Source: Moniliella sp. 'wahieum' (lineage: Eukaryota). From it: a DNA stretch of 64,000 bases. Positions 1 through 11,783 of this stretch are shown here, one piece after another. How positions within the stretch are numbered: position 1 is the stretch's first letter; each line of letters begins with the position of its first letter. The position numbers and the translations under genes were made by a program. The stretch lies in the NCBI GenBank assembly GCA_003971905.1, contig RSEE01000011.1:434001-498000 (forward strand). The letters run 5' to 3'. A model generated the notes under the pieces. The model did no database searches. It had not been told where the DNA came from and saw only the letters and a list, made by a program, of their open reading frames with translations.

Positions 1-741
1 CTTGGACCAGCTTGTTCCAATTGGTGCTTAGTGCTGGGAGTAGTCAGAAGCAGCCAGCTGGGCGTCACGCGCGCGGTTCACCGAGTTTGTATCTTGTTGT
101 ACTTGGGTTAGCGCCGCTTCCGCACGTTTTGCGTCCGTTTCCAGGTTGAAGGTATGCATCCTCCATGCGTTGGCGCCATACGTCTTGAGTAACGATACAT
201 TTTCTGAGCGAATTTGTTGAGCAGCAAGCGGACGCGCGCATTGTTCAGCGCTTCCTGCCTTCTTCGCAGACGCGCTACTCCCCTTTTCGGGCCAGGGACG
301 GAAATTTGGTGGAATCAAACAGGACATCTCGCTCCAACGCATGTCCTGAAGGCTTGTGAGATCGGCGCGCGTTTCTGGAGACAACTGTGCATAGCAGGTC
401 AGCATGGTGTGTCCTGGTGTTCTGTGGTAACGGAAGCAAAGGCAAACGGAGGCCAGGATTGAACCAACCTTAGTTGTAGAAACGGTTCCAGTCGTAAGGG
501 GACCCATACTTGTTCCATTTGCTTGTCCACCTGGGCACGAGACGAAGTGCTGGCTCGTGCCTGGGCCGCGATTTCAGCATCAACACGAGCGCGCCATTTG
601 GGGTCCTCGATCTCGCGGTCAATGTAGGCAGGCCGCTGTAGCGGCACAAGAAGAGATGTGTACGCCGGTGGCACAGGTGCAACGGTATTTGCGTATCCGG
701 TGTGGCAGAGGCACAACAAGCGCGGACGAAGTGGCTGCCAT
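1..741 (-). CDS. SPF27: Pre-mRNA splicing factor SPF27/BCAS2/Cwf7 family protein; 3' end runs off the window; intron-containing and frameshifted
   Basis: ORF pieces AYIDREIEDPKWRARVDAEIAAQ (399..833) and QQIRSENVSLLKTYGANAWRMH (28..507) match the BCAS2 motifs LPYID and NLxLLxxYGxNAW. Candidate ATG at 741. Confidence 0.8.
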
Positions 742-1399
742 GGGGGCGGTGGGTATGGGCGCGGAGGGGGGTGAACAGATACTGGGCCATACTCATACGC
801 GTGATTATGGTCACGGCGTAAAAATTCCGCCAAGGTTGCAGTTCCGGTGTGAGGGATAGCCGGGCTTATGAGCGTAGGCCCTGCTTTAAGCTTGTTTGGG
901 GTGTCCAGTGCTTCTACTACCTCCTACCTTGCTTTGGTCCGCTTCTAGCCTCTTGAACCAATCTGTCCCCTCATCTTGACATTCGCATCGCCGACAGACG
1001 TCCGGTTCATTTCGTACCTTGCTGGTAGTAACCATTGAGGTGCATGGACGAAAAGTGGTGCTCGTATTGTCCCAGAGCCACATACCCATCTCTCTTTGCG
1101 CTACCACATCTGTGGCCACCGTATACCCGTGCCAGAGTGTTCGACTCGGGCTAATTTTGCAGTACACATTTGACATCGTCAACCCCCTTTGTATTGGCAG
1201 AAACGGGTAGCCAGCAGGCCCGCTGACGAGGTGGTGGTATCCACATTCAGTGCGGCTTGTTCGCATGGCGCATCATGGTTGGGCCATTTCCCTCCCAAAC
1301 TTTTGTTCTTCCCGCAGGTGAGAAACCCCACACAGGATGGACGAAGGTTACGCCACGCCCCAGCACTGGGGCTCCTTGCACAGGTTGGTTGGGGGGTCA

Positions 1400-1736
1400 T
1401 TGCAGATCTCGTCGGCCGCGAAGTTGGTAGGTCGCCGGGGGAGGTAGGGGATGAGGCGAGTTGCCAAGGCCCAGACCATTGGCGCAGCATGCGATGACCT
1501 TGTTGCAACGCGTCTTGATTTGTTCCTTGTCCGTCATGCCCTTGGTCGCATCAAACTCGTCCCGGATCCAGCCAGTGTCTCGCGTCGCGCTTGCGATTGG
1601 CATGCCCCTCGACTCTGCACAATGTTGCGGTAGAGTGCAACGCCCTGGGAGCGCAGAATGAATGCTTGAGCGTCAAGGTCGCACTGGGGTCCAACTTGCT
1701 CGCCGTCCGTGCCACGGTCATGGAACTGCGTAACAT
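1400..1736 (-). CDS. Mitochondrial LYR-motif protein (LYRM2-like), frameshifted
   Basis: Joining frames gives MLRSSMTVARTASKLDPSATLTLKH-FILRSQGVALYRNIV...WIRDEFDATKGMTDKEQIK. It has the LYR tripeptide, the downstream R.EF motif and a basic presequence-like N-terminus. The 3' end is uncertain. Confidence 0.7.
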
Positions 1737-2105
1737 GTTCCCCCACCAGTGGTGGCACTCAGCAAATGCGCCACCTGCCCCCAGTGGAGAGAATCGGAGG
1801 AATGTCCTGCAGCACCCGCCCGACTCATTGAACGTTTCATCAACTAACTCTGGTTTCCTATCGTATATTGTGCGTCGACTGGACACCATGAGCATTCGCC
1901 CGCATACTCTGCCACCTGCTAGGCGATGCTGGTCATATATTCTACCAGGGATTGACCTCCACGCACATGTATACGGTTCGCATCTGGCTATCAGATCTAT
2001 GGTTCATGCCAACAGAAAATACATCAATCTGAAAAAGGGGGGAGAAGGGAGAAAAAAAAAGGCAAGAACACTATAGTGTACAACGCAGATGTTGTGACAA
2101 GCTCT

Positions 2106-5100
2106 TCATCCGGCCGTAGAAAACACGGGAGGCGGGGGGGGGGGGGGGCATCGGCGCGGTATATGAGGGTTGCTCTTGTCGACGAAGGAAAGGATAAACT
2201 GGCAAGGATTAAACTTGGGAGGTGCCTGCAGGGCTGGTGTCGGAAGCACTAGGGCCTTGGGACTGGGACAGCTGATGCACGACAGATTGGTGGTGCATTT
2301 GGAGCTGCTGATGATACAGTGCTTGGGAGGTAGACGTAGGGTCCGAAGAGTCCGCTTGACGAGCGGTACCGTCCGCAGGCCCTGACTCGGATCCAAGAGA
2401 TGTGGAAGACTGGGAGGCAGAAACGCCTGTCCTAGCAGGCTCCACCCCATCAGCAGTACCAGGAAGAGAGGAGGGAATCATCTCCACCGATGAAAAGTCA
2501 ATTCCGGGAAAGAGGTTGTCCAATTGAATCGATGACAGCCCGTCCATTCCGTGGGTCAGGTCGGACAGTGGGTTGGGCATGGAATTGAGGGGGGAGTGAT
2601 CGACGGCCATGGCGTGGGCATTGGTTGTCACCTCCGTCTCGGGCAGGGAGATACTACGCCCAACTGCACCAACAAGCGAGGGGGGTTTCGGTTGTACGCC
2701 GCCGCGCCCTATGCCCGACACACTCCGTTGCACATCCTTGACCAAGGGCGCCATTGGCTTCGGTTCGCCATTAATCGGAGTAAAGGGACGAGGAGCCGAA
2801 GTGCGCCGACGCTTCTCCGATCGTCGACGTTCCATCTTAGGAATAAAGTCGTCCACTTCATCATCGTCATCGTCCACGGCCCACTCGGTGTCCTTCTCGT
2901 CAATGATCACTCGGGGGCGGCCGCGCAAGTTGCCATGACCAGTGGAGGACGTTCGGCTCAAGGGCGCTGGAGAGCCCTCGGCCGAAGCTCGGCCCGAACT
3001 GGGCATCGAGCGGGAGAAAGAGGAGCTGCGCCGCGAGGCGGATTGGTGCTCTGCAGGGGAAGGTTGAGCCGGCGAATCGGGCCGGAGAGCTCAGCTTCCG
3101 AGTCGGCATAAGCTGACTCGGACCATCCGGGCACCGGATCATCATCCACTGCAATGTAATACGGAGGAGCATAGATTTGCTGTCGGTGTTGGGCCAACCA
3201 TTCCTTCAAACATGACCGAGGGAAGACGTCGACCGCGCAGCTCAAGGGGAATCTCGTCCACCACAGGACGATCCCGTCGCCAACGCCGCGTTACGGGTCT
3301 AAGCGAATCGCTTGGCCCATTCTTGGAAGAGTCGCGTCTCCTCGCCCGCGCCTGGAGGTAGTTCGACCCTTGAGCGCTCGGTTGTCCGCTGCAATGTACG
3401 CCCGGGTCAATGCTGGGTTTCGCCAGACAGGCGTCAAGGCTTCGTAGTCATGGCACTGCTTGAACTTGCGCCGAGGACGGCCACCAGGAGAAGAGGGAGC
3501 ACTTCCAGGCGAAAGATCAGGGAGTTTCCTAGCCCGCTCGGCTCGCCACTCGTCGATCGATAGGTTGTGCAAATCCTCGTCACTAGCGCAATCGTCGCTG
3601 TATGCGCCTGGGATCAAAAGTTGGCGTGGGATGGGTTTGCGCAGGCGGGAAGCCCCCCAGTCACGTTCTTGCCGTTTCAACTTGGTTCGCTCAACCAGAC
3701 GCTTCCGGACGGCCTTTTGCTCGGACGTCTCTTGAGCATCCTGAGAAGGTAAGGTTCGTACGGCTTGGCGGAACCCAGACCGGGCTATCCATCAGATCTT
3801 TCGCCACATCCTCAATGTGACCAGACTGCAGCCCCCGCGTTCGCAACGCCATACTCGAACGGTTGGGCCTGAGCCAGCCCTAGACCGACACGGATCAGCT
3901 CGTCCATCAGCGCCCCATTGGTGCGGTAGTAATCCTTGCTCTGGAAATCAATGTGAAACAGGCGCGTGTCGGGAAAGACACCGATGCGAGCCAGAGATCC
4001 TCCCACCCGGAAGTGACGCCATGGCAGTGCTCTCAGTATCGGGATGAGACACCCACTCCGCGACGTTGTACGTGTCTGTAAGCAGGCGGAATTCTGTGGT
4101 GCCCAAAAGCGATACAGGTACTCCCTCAGGTCGCGCTACAGCCAATAGTCGGGTTAGTCGTCACGCTCAGAAAGAAGTGGGCAAGGGACATACGAGGAGT
4201 TTGCGGTTGCGGTAACGTTTGTCACTGGGTGCGATTTCGGTTACCAAGTCAGCTTCAGACTGGGACATCGACGCTGACTTGCGACCCGACTGGTAAGAGG
4301 TGTGCGGTAGACCATATCCCTGACCCATTTGGAGGAGGGGGTGCAGCTGGCCTTCGGCAATGGGTAAGGGTTGCCTGCCTGACCAGGCATCGGTAAATGG
4401 GGAACTTCCCTGGGGAGTGGCTGCAGTACCGAGACGTTCATGCCCGGCGGAGGTTGCGCTGGGGGTGGGACGAGTGGGGGGTGGGAACACTCCCTTTGAA
4501 AAAGCCCCAGCCGGTGCTGGTCGCCCCCTGGCAGCCGACATGTTGCTAACAAGTGCGAGAGCGAGGGGTAGTACCACCGACGTTCTCCATGGGGGTGGAA
4601 TAGGGGCCTGGGAAGGGTGAAATCAGGTGCCGTGGATTGGGCAGGATAGTTGTTGGGGTTCAGCGGGCTGGGACGCGGTGCCATTTGGTTCATGGTGGTC
4701 AGCGGAGTAAATACCGGGCGTACAGCTTGGTGCGCACCAGCACTGGAGCGTCGGTTGGAAGCCGCCAAAGGATGATCAAAAGTGGGGAGGGCCGAAGCTG
4801 ACTGGGTGCGTACGCTGGGGGAATCCATGCCCGAGGCCAGCGAGCCCATCGCATGCGGAAGAGCGAGACTGTCATAGACGCCAGTCATGGGTATCGGATG
4901 ATCTCCCGTGGAAGTATGTTCAAATCTAGAGTCATGGGAGGAAAGAGGCATGCCTTGTCCCAGACCAGTGGCGTCGAGCATGGGTTGGTCAGTGGGATAA
5001 GTAGGCGGCTGCGAATCAGGAACTTGAGAGTGGGATGGATCCATCCCTTGGGCCGGCGACTGGGATTGAAGGTGAAGTTGCTCCATCTGAGTAAAGACAG

Positions 5101-6407
5101 GGATCTGGTTGGCCAATCCACTAGGCATGCCCGTTGCGCTGATACTGGAGGCATGGTGGCGAAGAGGTGGTCCTGAGCTGGAATCAGCATTCCGGGACAT
5201 GGGTGTGGATGCGGGGAGGCTCAGGCGCGCGCTGCCAGACTGGGTGTGGGCAGCCGATGGATCAAACATTGTGGGCGTTCCAGATGCCAACCCAGGGGGG
5301 ACTGCTGGCGAGCTGGTGTAGGACGGCGTTGCTACCGGTGCCGAACCTGCTGGCTGGGGCCGTACGGGTGGATGCGGAGGCATGTCCGACCCAAATTCAG
5401 TGTTGATCCGTGTTGGGTCCCATTCCGACGAAATCTGGACTTGCGATCCATTCAAATTAGACGCAGGAGGGGCAACGTGGGAGGCCGGATCAGGAGGGGT
5501 GGGAGCCAAGGCCACGGGATCATTGAGGCTGAGCACATGAAGATGCTTAATCTCCTCTTCCATCCAGAGCTGGAGGCGACGAATATCGGCTTCGACCGTG
5601 GCCACGTCATCTGCACCCAGCTCGCCCCGAAAGTTACGCCGAGCATGCAGGCGACCAGCAATGGTTCCGAGGTCTGCTCCGACCGTGGCGTACAAGTTGG
5701 CCGCCCGAGCAGCTGCATCGCTCGCCGATGATTGAGCAGACCAAGCGGTGGATGGGAGTTGGAGATTTGAGGTTGAATGCTGCGAGCCCTCCTGGACGTG
5801 CGGTTGCGGTTGCGGTTGTGGTTGCAGTTGTGGCTGCGGCTGCGGTTGCGGTTGCGGTTGCGGCTGCGGCTGCGATCCGGACACCCAGGGTGGCAGTGGG
5901 AAATGAGAGGACGATTGGGGAGGCTGAGCTTGGGCGACGTGGGACAGCACCTGGTTGGGTCCCAGCGATAGTGCAGACAGGTGACCGGGTAGGGGCTGAG
6001 CCGTCGCGGAGGCAAGCGAGTCTGGAGCAAGTGGGGTGTGGTCGGGCGCAGATTGGGAGGGAGCTGGAGGTTGGGGATGAGTCTGAGCTTGGGTCGGGGA
6101 CTGGGACTGGGACGGAGTCTGGGACTGCGTGTGGGCCTGCGGACGCATCAAAGCCAAGGACGTGGCCATGTTGGGGTCGAGCCAATGGTCGGGCACGCCC
6201 AGGGCAAGGGACTGCTGGGGGATCTGGGGGGCTGGTCCCAGGGCAGGAGTGGGGGCGTCGGAGGCAGAGGCAGGCGTCGAGGCAGGGGCAGGGGCAGGCC
6301 CAGCGGCAGAGGCAGGCCCAGCGGCAGAGGCAGGCCCAGCGGCAGACCCGGGCTGGGGCCGGCGTGGTTGGGGCCGAGGCGGGGCGCGCATCGGAAGTGA
6401 AAGACAT
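2106..6407 (-). CDS. Large hypothetical protein: P/Q/S-rich disordered ends with a globular-looking central region
   Basis: Collinear minus-strand ORFs 4241..6391, 3948..4145, 3812..4006, 3291..3680, 2958..3245 and 2209..3006. A GTATGT...CTAAC...TAG intron lies at about 4138-4193. No family recognised. Confidence 0.6.
5801..5873. repeat. Coding hexamer microsatellite (GCGGTT/GCGGCT)n encoding (QP)n
   Basis: Directly visible tandem hexamers; translates as QPQPQPQP in ORF 4241..6391. Confidence 0.9.
6293..6346. repeat. 18-bp tandem repeat, about 3 copies, encoding SAAGPA
   Basis: GGCAGGCCCAGCGGCAGA is repeated in tandem. Confidence 0.85.
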
Positions 6408-7372
6408 TGCAGGGCTAGCGCAGCCGCCTCATCGGCAGCTCAGTCGGCGAGGGCAGCGGGACGGATGGATGGGGATGGGGTGGGGGCAGCGGGGGAGCGG
6501 GCGGGGTGGCGGAATGGCGGAATGGTGCGGATGGGACGGATGGGGCGGATGGCGGTGCAGCGACTGACTGGCTACCAACGCAATGCGGCAGCGGGTGGTG
6601 GAAGCGCGGCGACGGGCTGCAATGCGCACTGGCCAAACGAAACACGCTGCTAGAAGCGTCTGCTTTCGCTTGCGCTTTATCATCGCATCGCATCGCATCG
6701 CAGTGCATCGCGCTCCACGCCCTGGCGCCCCGCTCCGCTCTGCTCTCCCACCGGCCACCACGCAGTCACCTCCAGCCACCCGCTTCGGCCCGGCTGACGC
6801 TGACGCGTGACATGCGACAGGCGCTTGACCGGCGAGTGCCGATGGCTGCACCAGCCCAGTGTTGGCGGCTGCTCGTCTGTGCAACTGCCGGGCTACCCGG
6901 TGGCTTGCGCCGATGGTGCTTGGCCCGTAGCACACCCACCCGCTGCGCACTGCATCAGTCTCGTCGCTGCCATCGGGCTCGCCTCCTCCCTTGGCCCTGC
7001 CACTTGCACCCCCACGGCCTGCGCCCACACGATCGACCCCCACCCATCGCTCCGACGTTGCCAACCCAACCACGAGCCTGGTTCGCGCTGCCCATCCCAA
7101 CGTCCGCCATCGGCCATCGACCATCGGCCATCGACCATCGACCAAGGACACACACTCCCCCCCCCCCCGCCCCCCCCCCCCCTCTCACCCCCTCCACAAA
7201 AGTACCAGCACTCAACATCCTATCGAGTACCTGCACCAACCAAAACAGAGCAGGAACAGCAAAACAAATGAAGTGGGACGCTCGGACCGTCGCCGAGACA
7301 AAATGGGATGCGAAATGGTTGTTCTAACGAGGCGGTCGGACCTACCGCCAAAGTAAATGGGTGCCGCACTCG

Positions 7373-8192
7373 TCAGAAGAACTTGATGTAGACAATAAAG
7401 CAAAGAGAAGCCCCACTGCACCCACCCTTGCAACCCATAGCTTCAGTTAGTCCCATTGCTTTGCACAGCACACAAAGTAGGGGGAGGATACACATACGGG
7501 GCCCATTTGCGGATCATGGCGTCAATGTTGATCTTGCGCGCAGACCTTCGGTATCTCAGTGATTCATCTCGCAGCGAGCTGGACATGGTCGACATTTCTG
7601 ATAGAGCAGTCATGTATCATGTTAGAAAGGATGCCATGCTACTGGATTCGGGAACCAGCACCGTATACATACGATCCAAACTATCGCCCCGCCACAACAG
7701 GTCCTCCATGTTCTTGGTCATGATGCGCGTCACGTCCGCCAAATCCTCGTTGAGTCGGTCCAAGTTGTTGGACTTGGCCGATTGCGCGGTCCTTGCGTCG
7801 GCATAAAGGCGAGTGGTGCGCTGAATGAATGTGTCGAAGGCAACAAAGGCATAAGGACGAAGAGTACGTTGTCCTACTTGCTGGCCATAGGATTGGCCAA
7901 ACTCAGCGGCGAGCTCGTCGAGATAGGAAAAGGCAAGTTTGCGAGGGTAGGACTTTTCACAGATCGCCACAAATACCACTGCCAATGGGTCAGGCGCAGG
8001 CGGACGAACAAGATAGTGAAGTGTCATGGGGCCACTCTCAATGCTGCATCGCGCCTCGCTGCCCGGGCCGAGACGACGAACGACCAGCTTGGCCTGCGCA
8101 GTGTATTCGGCCAACTGGGCCGAATTCTGCCCCTCACTCTGAGCAAGCGGAAGGCCATCGCTGACTCGGGCGATGAGCGTGGCGCGTACCAT
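7373..8192 (-). CDS. SEC22: ER-Golgi R-SNARE Sec22 (longin + synaptobrevin + TM anchor), 2 introns
   Basis: MVRATLIARVSDGLPLA, YPRKLAFSYLDEL, RPYAFVAFDTFIQ, DVTRIMTKNMEDLLWRGDSLD. Introns at 7598-7672 and about 7427-7497. Hydrophobic tail ...FIVYIKFF-stop needs one indel. Confidence 0.95.
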
Positions 8193-9005
8193 GGTCAAGC
8201 GAGGGTCGACGTGTCAACTGTCCAAGGAGCCGTTGGTTGCAACCGACGATCATCTCACTCCGCCCTCTTAACCCATCAAAGGCGCTGACTTGCGCCGACA
8301 TTGAGCTAGTGGAAAGCTGGGCCCCAATGCGTTAGGTAAGCAACCGCCTTTTAACTTGTATTTGACACGTGACATGGACAGGACACATCACATGTGACGC
8401 CTGAATGTGATGTCGGGTGATGTTGGTGCCGATGATAGATTCAGAGACGTCATCGAGTCATCGAGTCATACATCGGACTGATGCATCATGCATCATGGGC
8501 GTCATGGATCGCGATGCCGCCGCCAGAGGAGCGACAGGTGGTGCTGGCAGGGGCGATGCAGAACGGCAAACGGCCCACAGCCTGCCCGACATGGACAGCT
8601 GTTGGTTGGGCCTGCTGCCTGAGGGCTCGCGGTCGGTAGCAACTGGCCATCCTGTTCGATGGTGCGGTGCTCAGGGCTTCCACGTCGGAAGACTCGGACT
8701 CAGCACGCGCAGTGTGGTACTCAGCCCAGCGCTGAGTACGAACGAGCACGTCGGTACTTTAGGGTGCTGGTTGGCACGCAACGTCCATTACGCGTTGGTA
8801 CGGCCCAACTCGCAATTCGCACCTGGTAACTGGGAATCGACGATACTCAGAACTCATTAATCAGCGCCAGTTATTCAACGTTCAAGCATCAGCTCATCGC
8901 AGCCCAGCTGCTCGTACGAAGAGTGTACTCAGCTCTGTCTCTCTTGGCTGCAACTCCAGCCCCAGCCCTCCTCTTCCCGTCCAACCCCCTGCCCTGTCCC
9001 TCGCC

Positions 9006-11783
9006 ATGCTCGGCTCGGGCAAGCACAAGCGCCCCGACACCAAGCTCCTCGACAACCTCATTGCCTCCCAGAAAAAGCTCACCAGTGCCCTCAGCAATGC
9101 CCGCACCGCCTCCGAATCCAGCAACCTCGTCACCTCGGCCTGGTCCACTCCCGACGGTTCCAATGCGATGCAGACAGCCGTCATCTTGAACCGCGCTCTC
9201 GCCGCTACCAACACTGCCCTGGATGATTATTCTGTCTCCATCACCAACTTCACCAATGCTCTTCATGGCCTCTTGGCCCAAGAAGCCGCCGTCGCGGAGA
9301 TTATGCGCGATCGCGGTATTCTCGTTTCCCGCCTCGTCCGTCTCACCAAAAAGAAGCCCAAGGCCGGCCAAGAGGACAAGAATCTCCAAGCTCTCGCCGA
9401 CACGCAACAGGAACTCGCTGCCTGCGAGACCGTCCTGGCTGCCGAGCAGAACACCCTCTCTGCCACCCGCCGCCAGACCTTGGCTGAGCATACACGTGCC
9501 CGTCTTCTCGCTCTTCAATTGTTTGGCTCTCAAATCCATCAGGCTGCTGTAGAGGGACTGCAACAGTTTGACAGTTTATCTGGTACGTTTGATCCATCCT
9601 TATCGAGGTCTTCTCCCACCCTGTTTCTCCTCCCGTCTCCCCGCATTCTGCCGGACGGAAATACTCACCTACCCCCCTCGCGTCCAGCCTACGCATCTTC
9701 TGTCTCGCAACCCCAAGCACCTCAATTTCCACTCGACCCCGCGCCTGCTCCCCACGTCCCATCTGTGATTCCAAGCTATGCGAGCCAGCGCAGAACCCCC
9801 TACACGAGTGGGGTGCCACCTCACTATGTTGCCCCCCGTGCTTCTACATCTCTTCCGCCTAGGAGCATGTACGAGGCGGAACCAAGATACGAGACTGCCG
9901 ACCAGATGTATGACGCGCGTGATGCTGGGACGACTAGCGTTACGCCTGTGCCGCAGCACCACGAGTCACGTCAGGACACCCCTTCTGCGTTTGAACCTAC
10001 TGTGCAACTCCCTGGGGCTCAAAGGCCCGATGGAGAGATGGATGGGATGGCCATGGCCATGGCCATGGGCACAACTGACCGCGAAAGCGTACCGAGGAAA
10101 CGGTACAGCTCTGACCCGGTCGGCGTTCCGTCTCCGTACCAAGCGGCTGAAGTGGGGGTTGTCGTGACTGCTCCTGACACAGCGGAGCAGCAGGCCATGG
10201 CAACCCATGTCCCAGTGGCAGAAACCCCAGGCCGTACGCTCGAAGCGCCTGAAAGCGAAGAAGTTTTTCTCACTCCGGCAACCGAGTTGACGCCTGAAGA
10301 TTTCGACCCTGGAAATTCCTCTTCCGACCCGGACGCGAATGCAGTAGCACACCAAGGTCCGTATGTGGCCGGCTTATCTACCCGTCCCACCTCCCACCCC
10401 TGGCCCACGTCGCTCACGACCCCCGGCCCAGAGTGGAAGTTGACCAAGAAACGCTCTACCCGTCGCGTGGTCCACCATCGTAAGCACTCATCGGCGCCTA
10501 GTGGGACGTACACCACTGGCCCGGATGGGGCGATTGATGCTGTAGGTATCGTGAGTCCCCCTGGTAACACCGTCCCCGTCGCACGCGATCGGGACAATGG
10601 CAGTAGTACCTCTTCGGAACCGCCCAAGCTCTCGCACCATCTTTCCTTGATGGGACACCGAAAGAAAGACAAGAGCAGTAAACCGTCCCATCCCAGCGAG
10701 CACACTTTTCTTTCCCGCTTGAACACGGTTTTGAAAACGGACATCACGGTTGCTGCGGCCGAGGCGAGTCACGATGAAATGACGCCGGGGGAGAGCCGCG
10801 GTGGGTTCCTCCGTCGTAGCCAATCCTCTTCCTCGGGTAAGCGCCACGCTTTCCCGCTCAAGCGCTCCTCGACCAAACTAGGCAAATCTGTTCTGCCTGT
10901 CGAAGAGGACTCTTCGGAAGATGAACTGGCTCGCAGCCCGGTGCACTCGACGTGGCAGACACGTACCGACCAGAACCTCCAGGATCGCGGAGCAGGACAG
11001 ACCGAGGTCCGGCACTCTACTACCAAGTCCTCAAAGCGCATCCCTTCCAGCCTCTTCAACTCCCCTCCGCCTCCTCCGCTCGAGCCAGAGCGGTACGTTG
11101 TACAACAAACGCCTCGCCACACCCGCCAAGTCTTGCAGCCCGAACCCAGTAGCCCCGTGTCGGTGGATCCTCAAACTCCAGCCGGTACGGGAACGGTCAT
11201 GGGTACGGCCACGGGTACGACGTGGACCCAGTCCCCGTCCTTTGCTCCGGGCGGAACTACCTCATTGCAGAGCACACCCAACGTACGCCGATCCCCTCGA
11301 GTCGAGGATGCAGGAACCCACACAGTGCCTTCCTCATCTACCTGGTCAGCACCTAAAGTGGCTCCTTTGGGCTTGGGACTGGGCTTGCCCTTTGACCCTA
11401 CCAAGGGGGAACCTAGTAACTCTGCAGCGCCAGAATCTCCCAGTACCCACTGGACAGCTACCCCGGAAGTCCTCCCCCTCCCCCTATCCCCTGGCGCATC
11501 TGCATCTACCTCTCCCCCAGTGGGGCGGACGGGGCTAGAAGATCATCGACCGCGGCCCGGTGCGAGTCAAGAAAGTGATTCGGGTCAAAAAGACTCGCAA
11601 GCCCGTTCGTCGGTCGGGGAAACCGACCGAGCAACTCGACTGTGCCTTCCACTTATCCTTATTCCCCTACCTCCGTCCCGAGCTCCGTGGGAAGCGGACT
11701 GTACTATGTCACTCACTGCGCCTCCAAGCATGCTCGACAGTTACCCTTCCGTGCCCAAGGCCCCGCCACGAGGTGGGTACTGA
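9006..11783 (+). CDS. Protein with an N-terminal Pil1/Lsp1-like BAR-type helical domain and a long S/P/T-rich disordered tail
   Basis: Helical N-terminus DTKLLDNLIASQK...RDRGILVSRLVRLTKKKP...QQELAACETVLAAEQ resembles basidiomycete eisosome-type BAR proteins. Probable in-frame intron at 9583-9687. Confidence 0.6.
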   Translation: MLGSGKHKRPDTKLLDNLIASQKKLTSALSNARTASESSNLVTSAWSTPDGSNAMQTAVILNRALAATNTALDDYSVSITNFTNALHGLLAQEAAVAEIMRDRGILVSRLVRLTKKKPKAGQEDKNLQALADTQQELAACETVLAAEQNTLSATRRQTLAEHTRARLLALQLFGSQIHQAAVEGLQQFDSLSGTFDPSLSRSSPTLFLLPSPRILPDGNTHLPPSRPAYASSVSQPQAPQFPLDPAPAPHVPSVIPSYASQRRTPYTSGVPPHYVAPRASTSLPPRSMYEAEPRYETADQMYDARDAGTTSVTPVPQHHESRQDTPSAFEPTVQLPGAQRPDGEMDGMAMAMAMGTTDRESVPRKRYSSDPVGVPSPYQAAEVGVVVTAPDTAEQQAMATHVPVAETPGRTLEAPESEEVFLTPATELTPEDFDPGNSSSDPDANAVAHQGPYVAGLSTRPTSHPWPTSLTTPGPEWKLTKKRSTRRVVHHRKHSSAPSGTYTTGPDGAIDAVGIVSPPGNTVPVARDRDNGSSTSSEPPKLSHHLSLMGHRKKDKSSKPSHPSEHTFLSRLNTVLKTDITVAAAEASHDEMTPGESRGGFLRRSQSSSSGKRHAFPLKRSSTKLGKSVLPVEEDSSEDELARSPVHSTWQTRTDQNLQDRGAGQTEVRHSTTKSSKRIPSSLFNSPPPPPLEPERYVVQQTPRHTRQVLQPEPSSPVSVDPQTPAGTGTVMGTATGTTWTQSPSFAPGGTTSLQSTPNVRRSPRVEDAGTHTVPSSSTWSAPKVAPLGLGLGLPFDPTKGEPSNSAAPESPSTHWTATPEVLPLPLSPGASASTSPPVGRTGLEDHRPRPGASQESDSGQKDSQARSSVGETDRATRLCLPLILIPLPPSRAPWEADCTMSLTAPPSMLDSYPSVPKAPPRGGY

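Noticed and set aside
886..1266. 126-aa Cys-containing minus-strand ORF between SPF27 and the LYR gene
   Set aside because: No recognisable motif or splice structure; cannot be supported as a gene.
5452..7356. Many long overlapping ORFs on both strands
   Set aside because: Stop-poor shadow frames of GC-rich low-complexity sequence.
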